NCBI RefSeq assembly: GCF_009914755.1
Contig: NC_060925.1
Length of the DNA stretch: 64,000 nucleotides
DNA from: the human T2T-CHM13v2.0 reference genome, Homo sapiens
Reading direction: 5' to 3' (one strand)
In this document: one piece after another, positions 1 to 12,200 of the stretch
Numbering within the stretch: position 1 is the first letter of the stretch
Layout of the letters: each line of letters starts with the position of its first letter
The notes under the pieces: model-generated
Database searches by the model: none
What the model saw: the letters and a program-made list of their open reading frames with translations, nothing else
What the model was told of the DNA's origin: nothing
Made by a program: the position numbers and the translations under genes

Positions 1-3000
1 TAAGCAAATCGGAAAACATATTTCAGGATATAATCCTTGAGAACATCCCCAACCTAGCTACAGAGGCCAACATTCAAATTCAGGAAATTCGGAGAACCCC
101 AGTAAGATACTTCACGGGGTCATCCCCAAGACATATAATCATCAGATTCTCCAAGGTCAAAATGATAGAAAAGAAAAAAAATGTTAAAGCCAGCTACAGA
201 GAAAGGTCAAGTTGCCTACAAAGGGAAGGCCATCAGACTAACAAACAGTGGAACTCTCAGTATAACCCTATAAGCTAGAAGAGATTACAGGCCAATATTT
301 GACATTCTTATAGAAAATAAATTCCATTCCAGAATTTCCTTTCTGGCCAAATTAAGCTTCAAAAGCAGAAAAAGAAAAAGAAAAAAATCATTTTCAGACC
401 AGCACATGCTGAGAGAATTAATTACTACCATGCCTGCCTTACAAGAGCTCCTAAAGTAAGCACTAAATATCGAAAGGAAAGACCATTACTAGCCACTACA
501 AAAACACACTAAAGTACACAGACCGGAGATGCTATAAAGTGACCAAACAAACAAGTCTGCAGAATAACCGCCTAACATGATGGTGACAGGATCAAGTCCA
601 CACATATCAATACTAAACTTGAATATAAATGGGCTGAATGCCCCACTTAAGAGGTTCAGAATGGCAAGTGGGGTAAAGAACCAAGACCTAGGTCAGGTGC
701 TGCATCTTACACCTGAAATCCCATAACTTTGGGAGGCTGAAATGGGCAGATTGCTTGAGTCTAGGAGTTTAAACCCAGCCTGGGCATCATTGTGAAACCC
801 TGTCTCAACAAAAAATACAAAAATTTGCTGGGCACGTTGGTTCAGACTTATGGTCCCAGCTACTCCATAGGCTGAGGAGGGAAGATCACTATAGCCCAGG
901 AGGTGGAGGTTGCAGTGATCCGAGATTGTGGCACTACGCACTGGCCTGGGTGACAGAGCAAGACTCTATCTCAAAAAATAAAATAAAATGTATAAAAATA
1001 ATTTTAAAAAATGAAGATCTATTGGTATGCTATCTTCAAAAGACCCATCTCACATGCAATGACACCCATAGGGTCAAAATAAATGGATAAGAAAAATCTA
1101 CTGAGCAAATAAAAAGTAGAAAAAGCAGGTTTTCAAATCCTAATTTCAGACAAAACAAACTTTAAAGAAACCAAAATTTTAAAAAAGAGAAAGAAAAACA
1201 TTGCATAAGGGTCAATTAAACAAGAAGACCTAACTATTCTAAATATATATGCACCCAACACAAAAGCACCCAGATTCATAAAACAAGTTCTTAGAGACCT
1301 TCAAAGAGAATTAGGCTACCACACAATAATAGTGGGAGACTTCAACACCCCAATGACAGTATTAGACAAATCATCAAAGCAGAAAATTAACAAAGATATT
1401 CAGGACCTGAACTCAGCACTGGATCAAATGGACCTGCTAGATATCTACAGAACTCTCCACCCCCCAAACCACAGAATATACATTCTTCTCATTACCACGA
1501 TACATACTCTAAAATCAACCACATGATCAGCACTAAACACTTGCCAACAAATGCAAAAGAACAGAAATTAAAACAACCACTCTCTTGGATCACAGGGCAA
1601 TAAAATTAGAGGAAAAGACTAAGAAAACTGCTCAGAATTGTATACAGTTACATAAAAATTGAATAACATGCTACCAAATCACTTCTGAGTAAATAATAAA
1701 ACTAAAGCATAAATCAAGAAATTCTTTGGAACTAATGAGAACAATGATATAATGTACCAGAATCTCTGGGACACAGCTAGGGCAGTTTTAAGAGGGACAT
1801 TTATAGCACTAAATGGTCACATTTAAAAAGTTGGAAAGATCTCAATTGGCAAGCTAACATTACAACTATTAGAGCTAAAGAACCAAGAGAAAACCACCCC
1901 CAAAGCTAGCAGGAGACAAGAAATAACTAAAGTCTGAGCTGAACTGAAGGAGATTGAGACACAAAATATCATTCAAAAGATCGATGAATCCAGGAAGGTT
2001 TTTTTTTTTATTTGAAAAAAGTTAATAAAATAGAATACTAGCTAGAATAAAAAAGAGAGAAGATCCAAATGAACACAATTAAAAATAACAAAAGAGATAT
2101 TATCACAGACCCCACCAAAACACAAATAACCATCAAAGAATATTCTTAATACCTCTATACACATAAACTACAAAATCTAGAAGAACTGGTTACATTTCAG
2201 ACACATACATCCTTCCAAGACTGAGCCAGGAAATAACTGAATAGCTCAACAGACCAATAATGAACTCCAAAATAAAGTCAGTAATAAATAGCCTCCCACC
2301 AAAAAAAAATCCCATGACCAGGCAGAGTCACAGTTAAATTATACCAGATATACAAAGAAAAGTTGGTATCATTTCTGCTGAAACTATTCCAAAAAAGAAT
2401 TAGAAGGAGAAACTCCTCCCCAAATCATCCTGTGAAGCTAGAATCATTCTGATACCAAAACCTGGCAGACACACCCACACACACAAAAAAACTTCAGGCC
2501 AATATCTTTGATTAATATTGATGTGAAGCTATCAACAAAATACTGGCAAACTGAATCCAGCAGCGCATCAAAAAGCTAATCTATTATGATCAAGTAGGTT
2601 TTTCTCTGGGACATAAGGTTGGTTCAACATACTCAAATCAATAAATGTGATTCATCACGTCAATAGAAGGGGAAAAAAATCACATGATAATAAAAAAGCC
2701 TTTTGATAAACTTCAAATTCCTCATAATAAAAACTGTCAATAAACTAGGTGTTGAAAAAAATAGGCCTTAAAATAATAATAGACATCTGTAGCAAACAGG
2801 CAACCAATATCATACTGAAGGGGCAAAAGCTGGAAGCATTCCCCTTGAAAACGGGCACAAGACAAGGATGCTCTCTCTCACCACTCCTATTCAACATAGT
2901 TTTGAAAGTCTGGGCCAGAGCAACCAAGCAAGAGAGAAATAAATGACATTTAAATAGAAAGAAAGAAAGTACAACTATTTATGTTTGCAGACAATCCTGT

Positions 3001-4030
3001 ATCTAAAAAAAACCCATAGTCTTGGCCCAAAATCTTCTTAAGCTTAGAAACAACTTCAAAGTTTCAGGATACAAAATCGATTTGCAAAAATCGCTAGCAC
3101 TTTTATACACTAACAAGTCAAGCCGAGAACCAAATCAGGATTTTGTTATTTGGTACAATAACATTAATAATTGCCACAAAAATGGTAAAATACATAGGAA
3201 TAAAGCCAGCCAGGGATAACTACAAAATACTGCTCAAAGAAATCATAGGTGATACAAACAAATAAACAAATGGAAAAACATTTCATGCTAATGGATAGAA
3301 GGAATATCATTAAAATGGCCATACAGCCCAAAGCAATGTATAAGCTTAATGGTATTTCTTTTAAACTACCAATGACATTCTTCACAGAACTGGAAAAAAA
3401 TAAAAAATAGTTTAAAATTTATATAAAACAAACAAAAAAAAAGCCTGAATAGCCAAGGCAATCCTAAGCAAAAAGAACAAAGCTGAAGATACCATGTTAC
3501 TTGACTTCAAACTATACTACACTGCTACAGTAACCAAAGCAGCATGGTACTGGCACAAAAACAGTTGCATAGACTAATGGAACAGAATAGAGGGCCCAGA
3601 AATAAGACCACACATCTACAACTATCTGATCTTCAACAAAGCTGACAAAAGCAAGCAATGGGGGAAGAAAACAAAACAAAACAAAAACCCTCTCCGTTCA
3701 ATAAATGGTGCTGGGCTAACTGGCTAGCCTTATGCAGAAGATTGAAACTGGACCCCTTTCTTACACTATATACAAGAACGAACCCAAGATGGGTTAGGCT
3801 TAAATATAAAACTTAAAACTGTAATAACCCTAGTGAAAAACCTAGGAAATACCATTCTGGACACAGGAATGGGCAAAGATTTCACCATGAAGTTACGAAG
3901 AGGAATTGCAACAAAAACAAAAATTGACAAATTGAACTAATTAAACTAAAGAGCTTATGCACAACAAAAGAAACTATCAACAGAGTGAACAGACCACCTA
4001 CAGAATTAGATAAAATTTTTGTAAACTGTG
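1..4030 (+). mobile_element. LINE-1 (L1PA15/16-like), 3' half of ORF1 and most of ORF2, decayed; continues at 10980
   Basis: ORF2 start region near 577 (atgatggtgacaggatcaagtcca); EN fragment GDFNTP (ORF 1332-1526); RT fragment [25 protein letters not shown] (ORF 2749-2946); many stops and frameshifts. Confidence 0.93.
691..1005 (+). mobile_element. AluJ-type SINE inserted in L1 ORF2
   Basis: Dimeric Alu with AluJ-like ttgcttgagtctaggag motif and A-rich tail; degenerate TSD aaagaaccaagaccta (675-690) / aaaaaatgaagatcta (1006-1021). Confidence 0.9.
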
Positions 4031-4843
4031 TGTGATGGTTAATATTGAGTATTAACTTGATTGGATTGAAAGATACAAAGTACTGATCCTGGGTGTGCTA
4101 TAAGGGTGTTGCCAAAAGAGATTAACATTTGAGTCAGTGGGATGAGACCTACCCTTAATCTAGGAAGGCACAATTTAATCAGCTGCCAGCATGGCCAGTA
4201 TATAAGCAGGCAGAAAAATGCGAAAGGAGAAACTGGCCTAGCTTTCTGGTCTACATCTTTCTCCTGTGCTGGATGCTTCCTGCCCTCGAAAATTGCACTT
4301 CAAGTTCTTCAGTTGTGGAACTCAAACTGCCTCTCCTTCCTCCTCAGCCAGTAGGTGGCCTATTGTGGAACCTTGTAATCATGTGAGTTAATAATTAACA
4401 AACTTCCCTTTATATATTATATATAATTTATGTATATAATACATATAATATAATTTATATATTATATATAATATACAACATAATTTATATATTATAATAT
4501 ACAACATAATTTATATATTATATATATACAACATAATTTATATATTATATATGATATAATTTACATATTATATATGATATATTATATATGATGTAATTTA
4601 CATATTATATATGATATATAATATATAATTTACATATTATATATGATATATTATATATGATATAATTTACATATTATATATGATATATGTTATATATGAT
4701 CTATTATATATCATATATAATAATATAATGTAATATAATATATAATATATTTCATATAATTTATATATTATGTATATAATGGACTACATATATATATATA
4801 TATATATTCCATTAGTTCTGTCTAGAAAACACTGACTAATAAA
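4031..4843 (+). mobile_element. MLT2A (MLT2A2-like) 5' LTR of HERV-L provirus
   Basis: Starts tgtgatggttaat...ttgattggattgaa; ends gactaataaa just before ttttagtaccaggagt (internal start); homologous to 10223-10979. Confidence 0.92.
4410..4807. repeat. Expanded AT-rich degenerate tandem repeat inside the 5' MLT2A LTR
   Basis: Recurring units such as atataatttacatattatatatg and acaacataatttatatatt. Confidence 0.9.
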
Positions 4844-7800
4844 ATTTTAGTACCAGGAGTCATTCTAGAGGAAAAACTATTAAGGATGGAGCTCTTCCAT
4901 TGGTTTTGGGGTTTCTGGAGTTGGCTGCCTAATATGATTAGGCCCCCAAATGCTAAAGGCTCTTCTTCTAATAGTATGAAGAATACTAATAGTCCTTGGT
5001 GTGAACTGTTTAGAGAGTTATGCAAAATAAATGCATTTGACACTACTGATTCACCTTTCATGAGAGGCAAGGAGTTTAGTGACGCTATACATAATGCCTT
5101 TGACTATATGTGGAGAACCAAGGAACATAATGAAGCTGGTTGGTTGCTCCTAAGTTCAGTGGACAAAGTGATTAAAAAAAAAAAAAGGACGAATGCAGGG
5201 ATTCTATCTCCCAGCTTCAGAAGCAGACACTGAGCCTCAAATCTGCTAAAATTGCCTTGAGTGAGAGTCTTATCTCCCATACAGAAAAAGCTGAAATTGT
5301 GGAAAACAGACATGAGCCCTTATCATGCAAGTGGCTGACTTGCAATGAACGGTGCATGCACAGCCTCACCAGGTGTCTACTGTTAAAGCCAGGACATTGA
5401 TTGAAAAAGAATGGGACCTTTCAACATGGGATGGAAACGTGTAGGGGGACCCTGATGAAGCTGAGGACACTGAGTTTGTAAACTCTGATGAACCATTTTT
5501 GCCAGAAGAAACAGTTTCTCCATCCCCAGTAGTGGCAACTTCCCTCCCTGATCCACATTGCCATCAGCCTGTCCAACTTCGTCTGAGGAGATAAACTCTG
5601 TGCTGCCTGAGGCAACAGTGGTGGCTTCCCCTGAAGCAGTTGCAGGGCAAAATAATGTGGATTCTCCTCAGGAGCCACCCCCAACACCCCTGTTTCCTTC
5701 TAGACCTATAACTAGACATAAGTCCCAGTCAGAGTCTAGTGGTAAGGTTGAGAGTGTTACCAATGAGGAGATGTGCTACACTCGAAAAGAACTTCCTGAG
5801 TTTTCTACTTGATAAAACAGAAATCTGAAGAATAGGCATGGGAAGGATATTAAGGGTGTGGGATAATGATGGAAGGAACATAAAATTGGCTGAACTTATT
5901 GATTTGGGCCCACTAGAGACTCTGCATTTGATGTTGCAGCTCAGGAAGAAAAAAAAAGGTTCTAATACTTTATTTGCTTGGTTAGCTGAAATATGGATTA
6001 AAAGATGGGAGACTGTGAGCAAGCTAAAAAAAATGCCTAATCTCCCTTGGTTTAATGTAGAGGAAAGGACCCAAAGGCTTAGGGAGGTTGGGATGGTGGA
6101 GAGAATTAGTCACTTTAGACATACTCATCCCAGCTGGGAGGGTACAGAAGATATACCCTTGACCAATAATTTGTGAAATAGATTTGTGAGGGCAGCACCT
6201 GCATCATTGAGAAGCCCTGTAATTGCTCCTTTTTGTATGTCAGATTTAACAGTGGGAACTACAATCACTTAACCTCAACATTTAAATCCAAGGAGAATAA
6301 TTGAATCCTGAGATGGCAGGGGGCAAGTGGTGGCACTCAGCCGTCAAAGGCAAGGTGGGCATAGCTACCGTAGTGGAAAGCAGAGGCAAAGCAGCAATTA
6401 GAATAATCTTACTCATGTAGAGCTCTAGTCCTGGTTAATTAATCACGGTGTTCCTAGAAGTGAAATTGATAGGAAGCCTGCTGCATTTCTACTTAACTTA
6501 TATAAGCAAAAAACTTCTAGGTCAAATGGATAAAAGACTAATATAAATTACAGGGAGGCTGGTTCCCCTTGAGGGCAGACCCCACTGCATTACTGACAAT
6601 GTATGCAGAGAATCTTTCTCCCATTCTTCCCCAAGTAGACTTCCAGCCTTTTACCAGGGTAACTGCATTGGGGAAAAGAAAATGATCAGACATTTCAGTG
6701 ACTACTAGACACTGGCTCTTAGCTGATGTTGATTCCAGTGGACCCAAAACATCACTGTGGTCCTTTGAGTTAAAGTAGGGGCTTATGGAGATCAGGTAAT
6801 TAATGGAGTTTTAGCTCAGGTCTGACTTACAGTGGGTCCAGTGGGTCCCCGGACTCATCCTGTGGTCATTTCCCCAGTGCCAGCATGTATAATTGGCATA
6901 GACATATTTAGCAGCTGGCAGAACCCCCACATTGGCTCCCTGACTGGTAGGGTGAGGGCTATTATGGTGAGAAAGGCCAAATGAAAGCTGCTAGAGCTGC
7001 CTCAACCTAGGAAAATAGTAAATCAAAAACAATATTGCATCCCGGGAGGAATTGCAGATTAGTGCCACCATCAAGGACTTGAAAGACTCAAAGGTGGTGA
7101 TTCTCACACTTGACAAATGCCTTTTTCTCCATTCCCATCCATAAGACCCACCAGAAGAAATTTGCCTTCAGCTGGCAAGGCTAGCAGTATACATTTATTG
7201 TCCTACCTCTGGAGTATATTAACTCTCTGGCTTTGTGTCATAATCCTATTCAAAGAGACCTTGATCCCTTTTTGCTTCTGCAGGATATCACACTAGTCTA
7301 TTACATTAATGACATTATGCTGATTGGATCCACTGAGCAAGAAGTCACCACAGTGATCTTATCGATGAGACATTTGTTTGCCAGAGTATGGGAAAAAAAT
7401 TCAATCTAAATTCAGGAAATAAATCCAGCTAAATTTCTATCTCAGTAAATTTCCTAGGGGCCCAGTTGTGTGGGGCCTATCAAGATATTCCTTCTAAGGT
7501 GAAGGATAAGTTGCTGCATTGGGCCCCTCCTACATCCAAGAAAGAGCCACAATACCTAGTGGGCCTATTTGGATTTTGGAGGAAACACATTCTTCATTTG
7601 GATGTGTTACTCTGGCCCATTTATTGAGTTACCAAAAAGGCTGCAGTTTTGAATGGGGTCCAGAACAAGAGAAGGCTCTACAACAGGACCAGGTTGTTGT
7701 GCAAGCTGCTCTGCCTCTTGGGCCATATGACCCAGCAGATCCAATGGTGCTTGAGGTGTCAGTGGCAGATAGGGATGCTGTTTGGAGCCTTTGGTAGGCC

Positions 7801-10222
7801 CCCATAGGTGAATCACAATGAAGGCCTCTAGGAGTTTGAAGCAAGACCCTGCCATCTTCTGCAGATAACTACTCTCCTTTTGAGAGACAACTCTTGGCCT
7901 GTTACTAGGCTTTGGTGGAAACTGAATGTTTGACTGTGGGTCATTAAGTGACCATGCGACCTGAACTGCCTATCATGAACTGGGTGCTTTCTGACCCATC
8001 TAGCCATAAAGTGGGTCATGCACAGCAGCATTCCATCATCATATGGAAGTGGTATATATGTGATTGGGCTCAAGCAGGTCCTGAAGGCACATGTAATTCA
8101 CAGGAGAAAGAGGCTCAAATACTCATGGTCTCCACTCCTGCCACCCTGCCTTCCCTCCCCTGCACTAATTGCCTCATGGGGAGTTCCTTATGATCAGTTG
8201 GCAGAGGAAGAGAAGTCTGGGGCCTGGTTCACAGATGATTCTGCATGATATGCAGGCACCACCCGAAAGTGGACAGCTGCAGCACTACAGCCTTTTTCTA
8301 GGACATCCCTAAAGGACAGCAGTGAAGGGAAATCTTTCAAGTGGGCAGAACTTCAAGCAGTGCACCTGGTTGTGCACTTTGCATGGAAAGAGAAATGGCC
8401 AGATATGTGATTATATACTGATACGTGGGCTGTAGCCAATGGTTTGGCTGGATAATCAAGGACTTGGAAGAAGCCCGATTGGAAAACTAGTGACAAAGAA
8501 ATCTGGGGAAGAGGTATGCAGATGGACCTCTCTGAGTAGTCAAAAACTGTGAAGATATTTGTATCCCATGTGAGTACTCACCAAAAGATGACCTTAGCAG
8601 AGGAGGATTTTAATAATCAAGTGAATAGAATGACCCATTCTGTGAACACAACTCAGCCTCTTTCCCCACGTCTCTCACCCCTGTCATTGCCTAATGGGCC
8701 CACGAACACAGTGTCCATGGTGGCAGGGATGGAGGTTATGCATGGGCTCAGCAACATGGACTTCCACTTACGAAAGCTGACCTGGCTACAGCCAGTGTTG
8801 AGTGCCTAGTTTGCCAGCAGCAGCGACCAACACTGAGCCCTCGATATGACACCATTCCTAGGGATAATCAGCCAGCTACTTGGTGGCAGGTTGATTATGA
8901 CCTCTTATGTTGTGGAAAGGGCAGAGATTTGTCCTCATGGGAATAGACACTTACTCCAGATATGGGTTCGCATATCCTGCACACAGTGCTTCTGCCAAGA
9001 CTATCATCCGTGCACTCACGGAATGCCTTATCCACCATGATGGTATTCAACACAGCATTGTCACTGACCAAGATACTCAATTTATGGCTAAAGAAGTGTG
9101 GCAGTGGGCTCATGCTTATGAAATTCACTGGTCTTACCATGTTCCTCATCATCCTGAAACAGCGGGATTGATAGAATGGTGGAATGGCCTTTTGAAGTCA
9201 CAATTGCAATGCCAACTAGATTACAATACTTTGCAGGGCTGGGGCAAAGTTCTCCAGAGGGCCATGTATGCTCTGACTCAGTGTCCAAAATAGGGTACTG
9301 TTTCTCCCATAGCAAGGATTCATGGGTCCAGAAATCAAGGAGTGGAAGTGGCACCACTCATCATCACCCCTAGTGATCCACTAGCAAAATTTTTCCTTCC
9401 TGTTCCATCGACATTAGGTTCTGCTGGCCAAGAGGTCTTAGTCTCAGAGACAGGAATGCTGCCACCAGGAGACACAACAACAATTCCATTGAAATGGAAG
9501 TTAAGATAGCCACCTGAGCACTTTGGGCTCCTCCTACCTTTAAGTCAACAGGCTAAGAAGGGAGTTACAGTGTTGGCTGTGGTGATTGACCTGGACTATC
9601 AAGACCAACAACAGAAGTAAGGAAGAGTATGCATGGAATACAGGAGACCCATTAGAACATCTCTTAGTATTACCATGCTCTGTGATTAAGGTCAATGGGA
9701 AACTACAACAGCCCAATCCAGGCAGGACTGCAAATGACCCAAACCCTTCAGGAATGAAGATTTAGGTCCACCAGGAAAAAAAAAAAAGAAAACACAAACA
9801 CAATCTGCTGAGGTGCTTGCTGAAAGCAAAGGGAATACAGAATGTCTAGTAAAAGGTAGTCAGCAATACCAGCTAAGACCACATGACCAGCTACAGAAAT
9901 GAGGATTGTAACAGTCATGAGTTTTTCTCCTTCTTTTATTAAAAACATGTTTGTGCATGTATACACTTGTACTAAGAAAATACCTTCATTTTATTTTATT
10001 TTTCTTTTATCATGTGACATAAGATTTATTGACTTCACATCAGCATTTAAGTATTGTTAACTTTATGCAATAGTATTTGGGTTGGGGATTGGTGCATTTC
10101 TGGTTGTATGAAGGATAGTTTTATTATGTTAGGTATAATTGTGACCTTATTATTTTCTTTATTTAAAGACTATGTATGATCCCAGGAGATGTGTATGGGT
10201 TCAAGTTGACAAGGGGTGGACT
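4844..10222 (+). pseudogene. HERV-L internal region (gag-pro-pol-dUTPase, no env), defective
   Basis: gag fragments (PWCELFRELCKINAFD; RVWDNDGRNIKL); RT motif degenerate to LVYYINDIML near 7295; RNase H and integrase fragments (GIDTYSRYGFAYP...GLIEWWNGLLK, ORF 8907-9293); dUTPase remnant near 9450-9600; RT deletion near 7108 relative to the second copy; polypurine tract aaggggtgga before the 3' LTR. Confidence 0.93.
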
Positions 10223-10614
10223 TGTGATGGTTGATACTGAGTGTCAACTTGATTGAATTGAAGGATACAAAGTAATGATCCTGGGTGTGTCTGTGAGGGT
10301 GTTGCCCAAAGAGATGAACATTTTGAGTCAATGGGCTGGGAGAGGCAGACCCACCTTTAATCCGGGTGGTCACAATCTAAACAGCTGCCAGCGCAGTTAG
10401 AATATAAGCAGGCAGAAAAATGTAAAAGGAGAGACTGGCCTAGTCTCCAGGCCTACATCTTTCTCTCATTCTGGATGCTTCCTGCCCTCAAACTCAGACT
10501 CCAAATTCTTAAATTTTGGGACTCGGACTTGCTCTCCTTTCTCCTCACCCTGCAGACGGTCTATTGTGAGACCTTGTGATTGTGTGAGCTAATACTTTAT
10601 AAACTCTCCTTTAC

Positions 10615-10654
<40 letters not shown>

Positions 10655-10932
10655 TAATAGTATATATAATATATACTGATAATATAGAATAATAATATAC
10701 TAATAGTGTGTATATATATACTATATAGTATATATATATACTATATAGTATATATATATACTATATAGTATATATATATACTATATAGTATATATATATA
10801 CTATATAGTATATATATATACTATATAGTATATATATATACTATATAGTAAATATATATACTATATAGTATATATATATACACTATATAGTATATATATA
10901 TACTAAATAGTATATATATACTAAATAGTATA

Positions 10933-10973
<41 letters not shown>

Positions 10974-10979
10974 AATACA
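10223..10979 (+). mobile_element. MLT2A 3' LTR of HERV-L provirus
   Basis: Starts tgtgatggttgatactgagtgtcaac, ends cctaataca; TSD ctgtg (4026-4030) / ttgtg (10980-10984), after which L1 sequence resumes. Confidence 0.92.
10613..10970. repeat. (TA)n/(CA)n plus 20-bp palindromic minisatellite CTATATAG(TA)6 inside the 3' LTR
   Basis: Eight ctatatagta blocks at 20-bp period from 10721 to 10861. Confidence 0.95.
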
Positions 10980-11905
10980 TTGTGCATGTGAAAAAGGTCT
11001 AATAGCCAGCATCTATAACAAATTTAAACAAATTTACTAGAGAAAACAAACAATCCCATTAAAAAGTAGGCAAAGAACATGACCAGACACTTTCCAAAAG
11101 AAGAAATGCATGTGGCCAACAAGCCTATGATAAAAAGCTTAATATCACTGATCATTAGAGAAATGCAAGTCAAAACTCCAATGAGATACCATCTCACACC
11201 AGTCAGAATGGCTATTAACAAAAAGTCAAAAAATAACAGATGCTGGTGAGGTTAGGGAGAAAAGGGAATACTTATACACTGTTCGTGGGTGTGTAAATTA
11301 GTTCAACTACGGTGGAAAGTGGTATAGCAATTCTTCAAAAAGTTAAAAGCAGAAATACCACTTGACCCAGCAATCCCATTACTTGGTATATACCCAAAGA
11401 AATATAAATCATTCTACCATAAAGACTCATGCATGTGAATGTTTACTGCAGCACTCTTCACAATGGCAAAGACATGGAATCAACCTAAATGTCCATCAGT
11501 AACAGATTGGATAAAGAAAATATGGCACAGCTACACCATGGAAAAGCATGCAGTCATAAAGAAAAGAATGAGATCATGTATTTTGCAGGAACATGAATGG
11601 AGCTGGAGGCTATAATCTTTTGTTAACTAAGGCAGAAACAGAAAACCAAATACCACATGTTCTCACTTACAAGTGGGAGCTAAATGATGAAAACTAATGA
11701 GCCCAAAGAATTGAACAACAGGTACTGGAGTCCATTTGAGGGTGAAGGATGGGAGGAGGGAGAAGAGCAGGAAAGATAACTATTGGGTACTGGGATTAAT
11801 TCCTGGATGATGAAATAATCTGTAAAACAAATCCCCATGACATAAGTTTACTTATATAACAAATCTGCACATGTACCCCTGAACTTAAAAAAAAAGTTAA
11901 AACAA
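10980..11905 (+). mobile_element. 3' end of the L1PA15/16-like element (ORF2 C-terminus, 3' UTR, A tail)
   Basis: 3' UTR gagaagagcaggaaagataactattgggtactggg...catgtacccctgaacttaaaa; continues L1 sequence from 4030. Confidence 0.9.
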
Positions 11906-12200
11906 AAGGAAAGACCATGATACTAAGGAATTCTCAGGGTGTGGAATAAACTGAAGGAATCAAAACATCTGTTTATGTGAAAGCTTTTAATATTCCAGGT
12001 AGGGAGGGAGGGTGTAAGGTAGTTAATCTTTTATAAGGAATATAGTTTATGGTAGTAGATTTTCATAAAATTTATTTATATAAAATTAAAAACACCCACA
12101 GAGTTCTAAGACCTTTATTTGGCAGGAGAAAAATAAATAATGAACAAGATTTTCATATTATGTGTAACCTATTGATGAATTAGTAAGCAGTGGATTCATA

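Noticed and set aside
10711-10880. CRISPR-like regularly spaced repeat
   Set aside because: The spacers are identical (TA)n, there are no cas genes and the context is eukaryotic; it is a minisatellite.
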